This document shows, one piece after another, positions 50,133 through 58,498 of a stretch of 64,000 bases of DNA. The notes under the pieces are model-generated. The model did no database searches. It worked only from the letters and a program-made list of their open reading frames with translations, and was not told the DNA's origin. The translations under genes were made by a program, and so were the position numbers. The stretch is from positions 2,016,001 to 2,080,000 of the forward strand of contig OZ242320.1 in assembly GCA_965208125.1 (NCBI GenBank), read 5' to 3'. This DNA comes from Candidatus Latescibacterota bacterium (GTDB lineage: Bacteria > Latescibacterota > UBA2968). Numbering within the stretch: the first letter of the stretch is position 1; every line of letters begins with the position of its first letter.

Positions 50133-51184
50133 ATCGGTTGTCCAGTGAGCGGTACCTGAAATTTTGCACAGACCTGATTTTGAGACGTATTTTCAACTGT
50201 CAATTGCGCGGCTTCCCCAAATAAAAGGCGCAGACGTTCTCTGGTGTTTTGCAGGCCTATGCCGTCAGGTGTTGCGTTGTTTTTCATTTGACCGGTATTT
50301 ACAATGCAGACCGCCATCACAGTTTGCTGAAGGGTTGTCCGAATAGAGATTTCGCCACCATCTGGATGCTGTGCAATGCCGTGCCGGATGGCATTTTCGA
50401 CCAGAGTCTGTATGGTCATCGGGGGAATTTCGACTTGTCGTGTTTCCGGTGCGATGTCAAATTGATAACGCAACCTGTCTTCCAACTGGGTGGCTTCGAG
50501 TTGGAGATAGTTTTTCACAATTGCCAATTCCTCTTTCAACAGCACACTTCTGGTGCTGCTGACCTGTAGCGCGTATCGAAATAGCTCAGACAGTTTTGAG
50601 ATCATGTCGCGTGCTCGTGCGGGGTTTTCGATGACCAGAGCGCGGATATTGTTGAGGCTGTTAAAAAGAAAATGGGGATTTATCTGGGCTTTTAGTGCCA
50701 TCAATTCGGCTTCTTGAACCGCTGTTTGCAATTCCCATTTTTCGCGTTCTCCGCGTTTGGTTATGTCAAACATGGAGAATACGACATATAACAGCGACCA
50801 TATCCAGAGGATAAAGTTCGTGTTGAGTATTTGGATGCCATACAATTTCCAACGGAATTGTTCAATCGTAAGCGTCTCGTCTATATAAAGATAACCAAAG
50901 ATCTGAATGCTCTGGCTGATAATCGCAATGACAAGGTCGGCTATCAATACTCTGATAAAGAGTTTCCACAAAGACAGTGTGATCCAATGCCGCTTTTTGA
51001 ATATGGTTCTGAGCAGGTGTGTCCACAATAAAAGTTGTACAGATCCAAAAACGGTGATGCCCAAATTTTGTGCCGTAATGGTCTGAAAAGCAGACAAAAA
51101 AAATGTGTTGAGCAGGCCGTATATTCCCCATCCCAAAATCTGACAGGTCCAATACGCTTTGCTGTGGTTTTTGATCTCAGACAT
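50129..51184 (-). CDS. LytS/YehU-type sensor histidine kinase
   Basis: TM N-terminus, LKAQINPHFLFNSLN, QTLVENAIRHG, GIGLQN; start MSEIKN. Confidence 0.93.
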   Translation of the reverse strand: MSEIKNHSKAYWTCQILGWGIYGLLNTFFLSAFQTITAQNLGITVFGSVQLLLWTHLLRTIFKKRHWITLSLWKLFIRVLIADLVIAIISQSIQIFGYLYIDETLTIEQFRWKLYGIQILNTNFILWIWSLLYVVFSMFDITKRGEREKWELQTAVQEAELMALKAQINPHFLFNSLNNIRALVIENPARARDMISKLSELFRYALQVSSTRSVLLKEELAIVKNYLQLEATQLEDRLRYQFDIAPETRQVEIPPMTIQTLVENAIRHGIAQHPDGGEISIRTTLQQTVMAVCIVNTGQMKNNATPDGIGLQNTRERLRLLFGEAAQLTVENTSQNQVCAKFQVPLTGQPI

Positions 51185-51191
51185 GTTGTGC

Positions 51192-52109
51192 TCATCTGGG
51201 CGTCTGGGGTGCGGTCGTCTTGCGAGAGAGGAACGCATCAATGGTCGCAAAGTAACCCTCTGGGTCGTCCCACATAATAAAATGTTTGCCGGTGTCCGTC
51301 ATCCATATTTCGCAATTCTCAACATGATTGTACTGTTTTTGATACGCAGATAGTGAGCTTTCTCGCGTTGCGCCCTGAGATTGACCCGAAATCCAGGCTC
51401 CCAATACCAGGACAGGGGTTTGTATTTTTTTTATTTCGGTTCGCAAGTCTGTCAAAAATATTTCGTACATTGCTTGTGCAACTGTGTTTGGGTCCGAAGA
51501 TAGACTCCATACGACAGCCGTATCTATTTTTGCGGGGTCTGTGATCATCATTTTGAGCATAGATGGCGTTGCTTTTTCTCTTTGTTCAGGTGTTTGAGAG
51601 CGTATCCAGGCGCGTGTTTGTTCTGCTGGCACACGCATAAATTCAACTGTTGCTGCCGGGTTTTGTAGTGCGGGTAAAAAGGGTACTGCATCGACTATAA
51701 TAAGCGGTCCTGCGCTTTCGGGTATGCTTGCTGCAACCCACAATGATAGAAAACCACCCAAACTGTGTCCTGCAAGGATTGGTTTTTTAAGTTCGTTTTC
51801 CTGGATATATGCAATAAGCGCGTCTCTCATGGTTTGCAAATAGTGGTCTGTTTGCACGGAGGGCTGTCCGGCAAATCCCGCGAGTGTAAAGACATGGCAT
51901 TCAAAGCTGTTCTGGTATCGGCTGACTGTTTCGCGCCAGACGTCTCCAGAGCTACTTAGACCGGGAATTAAGATCATCGGATGCCCGGATCCCGTTATTT
52001 GTACTTTGAAAGGTTGTACATTATCTGTCTGAGCAGATGTGGGAATCGGTGTTAAGAGTGCAAGGCAGATCGCACTCATTTGCAATATGATGTGTTTCCA
52101 TTTTGACAT
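51192..52109 (-). CDS. secreted alpha/beta hydrolase
   Basis: Signal peptide, LIPGL, GHSLGG, HFIMWD; AGGAGG RBS. Confidence 0.9.
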   Translation of the reverse strand: MSKWKHIILQMSAICLALLTPIPTSAQTDNVQPFKVQITGSGHPMILIPGLSSSGDVWRETVSRYQNSFECHVFTLAGFAGQPSVQTDHYLQTMRDALIAYIQENELKKPILAGHSLGGFLSLWVAASIPESAGPLIIVDAVPFLPALQNPAATVEFMRVPAEQTRAWIRSQTPEQREKATPSMLKMMITDPAKIDTAVVWSLSSDPNTVAQAMYEIFLTDLRTEIKKIQTPVLVLGAWISGQSQGATRESSLSAYQKQYNHVENCEIWMTDTGKHFIMWDDPEGYFATIDAFLSRKTTAPQTPR

Positions 52110-52194
52110 GACATCCTCCTTTTGATGGTGAGTACTTCTCTTTTGTGATCAGTCAAAAGGTAGGCAGGAATCGCGTTCTGAGAAGCAAAAGATG

Positions 52195-52224
52195 ATAAGC
52201 GGTTAAAACAGGCTGATGAACGGT
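52195..52224 (-). promoter_or_regulatory. LytTR-type binding site (9-bp direct repeat, 12-bp spacer)
   Basis: Minus-strand ACCGTTCAT-N12-ACCGCTTAT, upstream of the hydrolase-kinase-LytTR operon. Confidence 0.75.
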
Positions 52225-52296
52225 TCAACAGACGGGATGGATACGGGGCTTTTAGAGCGAGGATGGCGATTTCAATATATTGATGGAGATCAAGGA

Positions 52297-52821
52297 ATGA
52301 CTACTTTCTATCTTATTCGACATGGAGAATCCAGGCTGGATTTAGCTGCTGGTGGAAATCTCAAAGGCGCAGAAAGAGGTTGGTCAGCGCATATCATTCC
52401 GTTGACTGAAAAGGGGATCGGTCAGATTGAGAATGCTTCAAAGTCCCTGTCAACGGAAGATCCTCAGCTCATTATCTCGTCCCCAATGTCACGGGCACTC
52501 CAATCGGCTGCTATACTCAGCCGAATACTCGATCTTCCACTTCGAGTCGAGTTTGATCTGCACGAATGGATTTGCGGATGGCGCGATTCAATGGCGCTTG
52601 TGGGAGAAACAGAGGCAGAAATGCATGAGTTGGGAGGTGAGTGGCCTATAGGAGAGGCGAGAGATTGGGAGCCAATGTCCAGTGTGCGTGGTCGTGTTGG
52701 TCGGGTATTGGAACAATACCAGACCTTCCAGCGTGTTGTTGTTGTGTGTCATGAAACGGTTATTCTTTCGCTGACTGGAAAGAAGATGGGGTTTGCTGAA
52801 TTTGTAAAGTTAGAAAAGTAA
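52297..52821 (+). CDS. histidine phosphatase (phosphoglycerate mutase family)
   Basis: LIRHGES, SSPMSRALQSA, LHEW, VVCH; start MTTFY. Confidence 0.9.
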   Translation: MTTFYLIRHGESRLDLAAGGNLKGAERGWSAHIIPLTEKGIGQIENASKSLSTEDPQLIISSPMSRALQSAAILSRILDLPLRVEFDLHEWICGWRDSMALVGETEAEMHELGGEWPIGEARDWEPMSSVRGRVGRVLEQYQTFQRVVVVCHETVILSLTGKKMGFAEFVKLEK

Positions 52822-52832
52822 GTGTCCGAGTC

Positions 52833-53495
52833 CTACTGGTGTCTTATATTCCGTCCTTCACATATCACACGATGGAAAGCCTCCCACTCTTCTTCTGTCA
52901 AGTCAATGGCGACGACTTTTTCAGGATCGAAAATCTTCGGATTGGGATCGTTGCGAAATGCGTCGAGGTCAAATGGCTCGGACCATGATCGCGTGCCGGT
53001 TATCTGCTCTACGTAAATAATATCCCATTCGTCATTGTCTTTGAAGCGACCACGGCCTCTGATCTCCACATATTGTGTCGCCAGCCGACGCATGTCGTCG
53101 TTTAGTGCCGGATCGAAACGCAACGGCACGACTCTTTGCGGGATGTAATGCAACTCTGCTGTGCCATAAGCCCAGTTCACCGCCATAAGTCGTCCTTCCA
53201 CCAATGCAGACTCGTCCAGAACTGGCGGCTTTGTTTTGTCGGACTTCTGCTTTTCTTCTGTGGGACGGCCTGTAAACAGAGTCTCAACACTGAGGTTTTC
53301 GTTCAGGTCGGGCCATTGGATGCCTCCCCCGGTACATCGCCAGTTGCGTCTTTCTTTGGCGGTGGCGTGTGCGAGCCTGGGATACCACTTCAGAGGCACA
53401 GAGATGGTTCGCCCATCAGAGAGCGTTGCTGTTAGCGTATCTTCTGTCACTTCCACACGCTCAGCCTGCGGCATATCAATTGTCGGAATATTCAT
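52833..53495 (-). CDS. DUF2442-domain fusion protein, copy A (putative antitoxin-like)
   Basis: LSDGRTISVPLKWYPRL...IQWPDLNENLSV DUF2442 pattern plus a ~140-aa extension. Confidence 0.75.
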   Translation of the reverse strand: MNIPTIDMPQAERVEVTEDTLTATLSDGRTISVPLKWYPRLAHATAKERRNWRCTGGGIQWPDLNENLSVETLFTGRPTEEKQKSDKTKPPVLDESALVEGRLMAVNWAYGTAELHYIPQRVVPLRFDPALNDDMRRLATQYVEIRGRGRFKDNDEWDIIYVEQITGTRSWSEPFDLDAFRNDPNPKIFDPEKVVAIDLTEEEWEAFHRVICEGRNIRHQ

Positions 53496-53720
53496 CTCAG
53501 GCCTCCATTATTGTACAACTTCTCAGAAGTCCATTCGAGATCACTATCTCCGCGTTTTTCTACGTGCGGTAGACAGTGCACTGTGCCTATGTCCTCGCTG
53601 CATTTACAAATATCTGCAATTTACCCGAAAAAACAGGGGCTTGCAATGGCGTTTTTGAATATAAAGTATATTATACTCAAAAATTCCTTTGAAGCTCTCT
53701 CACGATAAGGAGGTATAAAT

Positions 53721-54506
53721 ATGCGAATCGCCATCATCTCTGATATTCACGGAAATGCAGTGGCTTTAGAAGCTGTTTTGAACGATCTCAAAACAGAATC
53801 TGTTGATCACTTTGTGTGTCTGGGGGATACCGTCTCTGATGGTCCCCAACCATGTGAGGTTATTGCTCAGTTGAAATCTCTGAATGGTTCTGTTGTTATG
53901 GGGAATATGGACGTGTGGTGTCTTGATCCACGTCCTGGTAGGGGAAAGGGCGAGAATGCCAGGCGAGGGAATGAAGTTCGATTCTGGGATGTCCGTAAGC
54001 TTTCAACTGACGATCTTGACTACATGCGGACGTTCCAGGCAACGGTCGAAATACCTCTGGATGCGACTACCAATCTTCTTTGCTATCACGGTTCTCCACG
54101 ATCTAATGAAGATGCCATCGCTTCTCACACGCCAGATGAAGAGATGGAGCGCATGCTGTCTGGTTATCACGCGATGGTGTTGGCTGGGGGACATACGCAT
54201 ACACAGATGGTTCGTTATTATGCAGATAGCACGATCATCAATCCCGGGAGTGTTGGTGCGCCTGTTCCCGCACAGGATCGGATACGCCGGGTTCTCCGAG
54301 GTTCATTGGATGAGTCACACGATAGGGGATATCCTCCCTGGGCAGAATATGGCGTTATTGCCTGGGAGAATAAGAGCCTTCGTATTGAGTTACGCCGTGT
54401 GCTGATAGATATCGATTTGCTGGTAAGAAAAATGCGCGCGAGCGGAATGCCACATGCGGATTGGTGGATTCAAAATCGGTATCCCGGTGTGGTTTCCGAG
54501 GTGTAG
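53721..54506 (+). CDS. calcineurin-like metallophosphoesterase (YfcE-like)
   Basis: SDIHGN, LGD, GNMD, HGSP, GHTH, NPGSVG; AAGGAGG RBS. Confidence 0.92.
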   Translation: MRIAIISDIHGNAVALEAVLNDLKTESVDHFVCLGDTVSDGPQPCEVIAQLKSLNGSVVMGNMDVWCLDPRPGRGKGENARRGNEVRFWDVRKLSTDDLDYMRTFQATVEIPLDATTNLLCYHGSPRSNEDAIASHTPDEEMERMLSGYHAMVLAGGHTHTQMVRYYADSTIINPGSVGAPVPAQDRIRRVLRGSLDESHDRGYPPWAEYGVIAWENKSLRIELRRVLIDIDLLVRKMRASGMPHADWWIQNRYPGVVSEV

Positions 54507-54534
54507 CTGATGGGTGGATGCAAAATTGGCTCAC

Positions 54535-54849
54535 TCATCTATCCAATTGGTCCCAATCAGGAGGTGTTTGGGCAGGGATTTGTTTGCTCATAACAGAGTC
54601 AAATGCTTCCAGAATTTCTCGTTTGTTTTTGCCCGCATATTGATTTTGAAAAAAGGCTGTGGTTTCGAGTTTGGCTATTTCACGTGCAAAAGCATAAATC
54701 GCAAACTGATTCATAGATACACCTACTACTTCATTTGATGCATTGTAATCAAGCACCATACCCGGCGAAACCTCTTCTGATTCAACGATAGCAGAGTCGT
54801 CAAGGCGCAGATAGAGTGCGTTGGCTTCCTTATCGACATGTAGTTTCAT
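54535..54849 (-). CDS. chimeric ORF: DUF2283-like N-terminus plus RHH/HicB-like antitoxin C-terminus
   Basis: MKLHVDKEANALYLRL...ESEEV..G.VLDY....VVGV is joined to SMNQFAIYA...PDWDQL. Confidence 0.55.
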   Translation of the reverse strand: MKLHVDKEANALYLRLDDSAIVESEEVSPGMVLDYNASNEVVGVSMNQFAIYAFAREIAKLETTAFFQNQYAGKNKREILEAFDSVMSKQIPAQTPPDWDQLDR

Positions 54850-54855
54850 AATTCG

Positions 54856-55290
54856 TTATTCCTGTAACTGATCTGGTTGTGGTGCCGGTGCCTGGATGAG
54901 TTCCAGGTCGGGAATGTCGGAGAAGTCGTGATCGTGGGATGCAAGGGCGCAGCCCAGCATAATCGCGGTTGCAGCGATCCATGCATCTGATTCCCGCATT
55001 TCTCGCCCTGCAGCCTTTCGCTCGCTACGCAAGCGGGCACATGTGGTCACCAGTTCAGAGCTGGGCCAAATAATTTCGTACTGTTCGAGATAATGGGCGA
55101 GTTCGTTCTTTCGTCTGTCACCCCAACCTTTTGTGTACGCTCCGTACCAAAGCTCTTCCAATGTCTGGAATGAGATAAGCACGCGTTGGCCTTGAATCTG
55201 GTTCTGGTAATACAGTGCCCTGGTATCTTTATTGAAGATGTATGAAACGATATTGGTATCCAGGATTACCAACTTGAAGATTCCTTTCAC
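54856..55290 (-). CDS. vapC: PIN-domain toxin
   Basis: ILDTNIVS, EELWYG, DAWIAATA, SHDHDF; 4-nt overlap with the upstream DUF2442 copy B. Confidence 0.9.
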   Translation of the reverse strand: MKGIFKLVILDTNIVSYIFNKDTRALYYQNQIQGQRVLISFQTLEELWYGAYTKGWGDRRKNELAHYLEQYEIIWPSSELVTTCARLRSERKAAGREMRESDAWIAATAIMLGCALASHDHDFSDIPDLELIQAPAPQPDQLQE

Positions 55291-55940
55291 TCAACATCTC
55301 GGCCTTCGTGTATGACGCGGATGAACTCATCTACGTCGAAAGGTTCACTGACGGTAACGACCTTTTCGGGATCAAAAATCTTCGGATTGGGATCGTTGCG
55401 AAATGCGTCGAGGTCAAATGGCTCTGACCATGATCGCGTGCTGGTTATCTGCTCTACGTAAATAACATCCCATTCGTCATTGTCTTTGAAGCGACCACGG
55501 CCTCTGATCTCCACATATTGTGTCGCCAGCCGACGCATGTCGTCGTTTAGTGCTGGATCGAAACGCAATGGTACGACTCTTTGTGGAATGAAGTGCAGTT
55601 CCGCTGTCCCGCAAGCCCAGTTCACTTCCATCAGTCGTCCTTCCACCAATGCAGACTCGTCCAGAACTGGCGGCTTTGTTTTGTCGGACTTCTGCTTTTC
55701 TTCTGTGGGACGGCCTGTAAACAGAGTCTCAACACTGAGGTTTTCGTTCAGGTCGGGCCATTGGATGCCTCCCCCGGTACATCGCCAGTTGCGTCTTTCT
55801 TTGGCGGTGGCATGTGCGAGTCTGGGATACCACTTCAGAGGCACAGAGATGGTTCGTCCATCGGAGAGTACCGCCGTCAGCGTATCCTCGCTTACTTCCA
55901 CGCGCTCAGCCTGCGGCATGTCAATTGTCGGAATATTCAT
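55287..55940 (-). CDS. DUF2442-domain fusion protein, copy B
   Basis: Near-identical to 52833-53495 except for the C-terminal ~22 aa; start MNIPT with a GGAGG RBS. Confidence 0.75.
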   Translation of the reverse strand: MNIPTIDMPQAERVEVSEDTLTAVLSDGRTISVPLKWYPRLAHATAKERRNWRCTGGGIQWPDLNENLSVETLFTGRPTEEKQKSDKTKPPVLDESALVEGRLMEVNWACGTAELHFIPQRVVPLRFDPALNDDMRRLATQYVEIRGRGRFKDNDEWDVIYVEQITSTRSWSEPFDLDAFRNDPNPKIFDPEKVVTVSEPFDVDEFIRVIHEGRDVE

Positions 55941-56045
55941 CTCATGCCTCCATATTGTGCAACTTCTCAGATGTCCATTCGAGATCACTGGATCCGCGTT
56001 TACAAATATCCGTAATTTAGACGAAAAAACAAGAGGTTATATGAC

Positions 56046-58475
56046 TTACTCATATCGCAAGGCGTCAATGGGATTGGATCGCGCTGCGCGAATGGCCTGC
56101 ATGCTCACGGTGCCAAAGGCGATGATGAGAGCTATTATCGCGCTTGCAACAAATGGCAATGCATTCAGGTCCGTCTGATAGGCAAATCCGGAGAGCCAGT
56201 TGCGCATGAGATAGTAAGCGATTGGCCAGGCGGTGAGATTGGCGAGCAGTATGAGCACTATAAATTCGCGGGAGAGTAGCAGGACCAGATGCGGTGTGGA
56301 TGCGCCCAGGACTTTCCGCACGCCGATTTCTTTGGTGCGAGATTGAACCATGAATACCGCCAGTCCGAACAGTCCCAAACACGCGACAAAAATTGCCAGT
56401 AGTGAAAACACGCCGAGCATTTTGCCAGTGAGTTGCTCATTGAAATAGATCCAATCTATCATCTCATCCAGGAAGTGATATTCAAAGGGTGCGTCTGACA
56501 CAAAGCGTTTCCACTGTGTTTCGAGAAAGGACAGGGTTTGCGCGGTGTTTTCTGGTCGGATGCGCAGGACCAGTGAAACAAACAGCCTCCAATCGCCTAT
56601 AAATCCCATGGGTGCGATTTCTTCTCGCAGCGTCAAGCTGTGGTAGTCTTTTACGACGCCTATTACTGTCAGGGAGCGGTTTCCATATGCTGGCAACAGA
56701 ATCTGCTTGCCAATCGGATTTTCTTCCCATCCGATCAGGCGCACGGCTGTTTCGTTCAAAATAATCGCTTGAAATGCATCGCTGGCAACATCGGCTGAAA
56801 AGGTGCGACCGCGAAGCACGGGGATTTTAAATGTTTCAAAAAATGAGTCGTCAACTTCGCTTATGCGAAATGTCCGTTCTTTTGTGCGGTCCCCCTCGGG
56901 CCAGACCAGTCGCAGTCGCCCACTGTATCCCGTGATGTCGAAACGCAGAGCCGATGCGCTGAGGATATTGGGGTGTTCGAGAAAGACCTGTTTGACCATC
57001 TGGTGGCGTGCCGAAAGGCGTTTATGGGGGAAGGGTTCGTGATCACGACCGTGAGCAAAGATGGGTAAACTCACAATGTGATCGCGTGCAAAACCCATAT
57101 CTTTGGTTTCTATAAATCGCAGTTGCTGATAGACTACGAGGGTGCAGATCACCAGCAAAATGGACATGCCGAACTGAAAAATCACGAGTCCTTTCTTCAG
57201 CCCTGTAGAACCCGATGAGGAAGACGACTTACTTTTTAGCACTGTGACCGGGCTAACAGAGGAGAGAAATAACGCTGGATACCATCCCGCCAGCAATCCG
57301 ACCAACAATGTGAATGCCAGTGCCGCTGGCGTACCTGCTATCGCTGTAGCCATGTTGAGGTGTAGATCTCCGCGCACAAATTGGTTGAATAAGGGCAAGA
57401 ATATCTCGACCAGTGCAAGGGCAATCAGCAGGGCAGCGCAGGTTAAAATCAGAGATTCAGTCAAGAACTGAACCATTAGTTGTGGGCGATGCGCGCCCAC
57501 GACTTTTCGCACGCCGACTTCGCGTTTGCGGGTGACAGCGCGTGCAGTTGCCAGGTTTGTAAAATTCACGCCTGCAATGACCACCACGATCAGCCCGATA
57601 GCCGTTAGCATGTAAATTTGTTGCATGGGGCTGTCGGCAGTTGGGTTAAAATCGGATTCGCCATACAGGTACACGCGATGCAGGGGCTGTAGATGATAGG
57701 TGTTTTTTGCCGCAACGTCATCCCCCATATACTGCACGATCAGCGACTGCATTTTTGTTTTTAGAGTTTCTGCGTTTTGTCCCGCTTTTAATAGTACGTA
57801 TGTGTTTACCGGCCGCCAGGATTGCCCGGGTAGCCACATTTTCCACAGCTCTGGTGTTCTTCCCGCGGAGGGTATTGTGGCTGTGAGCAAGTGAAAATAA
57901 AGCTCTGATGAGAGTTGTGGTGCCTTTACAATGCCGGTAACTGTGTACTCGCCCGGCATATAGCGATTGTCAACTGAAACTGTTTGGCCCATCGGGTCAG
58001 CATCGCCAAATAGGTGTTGCGCCATGTCGTCGGTAATGACCACAGAGTAGGGCAGGCGAAACGCGGTTTCTGGGTCGCCTTTTATGAGGGGAAAATCGAA
58101 TACGTCCAAAAAGTTGTCATCTACCAGCGCAAGGGTATATTGATTCTTGTGTTCGCCGTATTGTGCAGACACAAGCCACTGCCAGATACGCACGGTTGTT
58201 TCTACTTCGGGAAATGTTTCTTCCAATACAGGACCGAGTGCGCCTGATGTGCCTTCTGCGTATGTTGTTTGTGTACTGCCGCGTTGTTCCCTAATCACTT
58301 TGTAAATGCGGTCGCCCAGGGAGTGGGAGCGATTTACTACAAACTCTTGTTGGATATACAACAGGATCAAGATGCCACACGCCAGGCCGATGGCGAGGCC
58401 CAGTACATTGATGGCTGTGTACAATTTGTGCCGCATCAGATTGCGGATCGCAACGGTTAGATAATTTTTGATCAT
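56046..58475 (-). CDS. MacB-like double-FtsX ABC permease
   Basis: 809 aa, colinear paralog of 36964-39393. Confidence 0.95.
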   Translation of the reverse strand: MIKNYLTVAIRNLMRHKLYTAINVLGLAIGLACGILILLYIQQEFVVNRSHSLGDRIYKVIREQRGSTQTTYAEGTSGALGPVLEETFPEVETTVRIWQWLVSAQYGEHKNQYTLALVDDNFLDVFDFPLIKGDPETAFRLPYSVVITDDMAQHLFGDADPMGQTVSVDNRYMPGEYTVTGIVKAPQLSSELYFHLLTATIPSAGRTPELWKMWLPGQSWRPVNTYVLLKAGQNAETLKTKMQSLIVQYMGDDVAAKNTYHLQPLHRVYLYGESDFNPTADSPMQQIYMLTAIGLIVVVIAGVNFTNLATARAVTRKREVGVRKVVGAHRPQLMVQFLTESLILTCAALLIALALVEIFLPLFNQFVRGDLHLNMATAIAGTPAALAFTLLVGLLAGWYPALFLSSVSPVTVLKSKSSSSSGSTGLKKGLVIFQFGMSILLVICTLVVYQQLRFIETKDMGFARDHIVSLPIFAHGRDHEPFPHKRLSARHQMVKQVFLEHPNILSASALRFDITGYSGRLRLVWPEGDRTKERTFRISEVDDSFFETFKIPVLRGRTFSADVASDAFQAIILNETAVRLIGWEENPIGKQILLPAYGNRSLTVIGVVKDYHSLTLREEIAPMGFIGDWRLFVSLVLRIRPENTAQTLSFLETQWKRFVSDAPFEYHFLDEMIDWIYFNEQLTGKMLGVFSLLAIFVACLGLFGLAVFMVQSRTKEIGVRKVLGASTPHLVLLLSREFIVLILLANLTAWPIAYYLMRNWLSGFAYQTDLNALPFVASAIIALIIAFGTVSMQAIRAARSNPIDALRYE

Positions 58476-58498
58476 GAGAAGCTCCCTATCATTGTTCC

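Larger units (their letters stand above)
52912..55989. repeat. ~630-bp near-identical direct repeat (52912-53545 / 55357-55989)
   Basis: Offset about 2445 bp; covers most of both DUF2442 genes and their 5' leaders. Confidence 0.92.

Noticed and set aside
36964-58475. Diversity-generating retroelement explaining permease variation
   Set aside because: No reverse transcriptase and no short template/variable repeat pair; the paralogs are whole-gene duplicates with many non-adenine changes.
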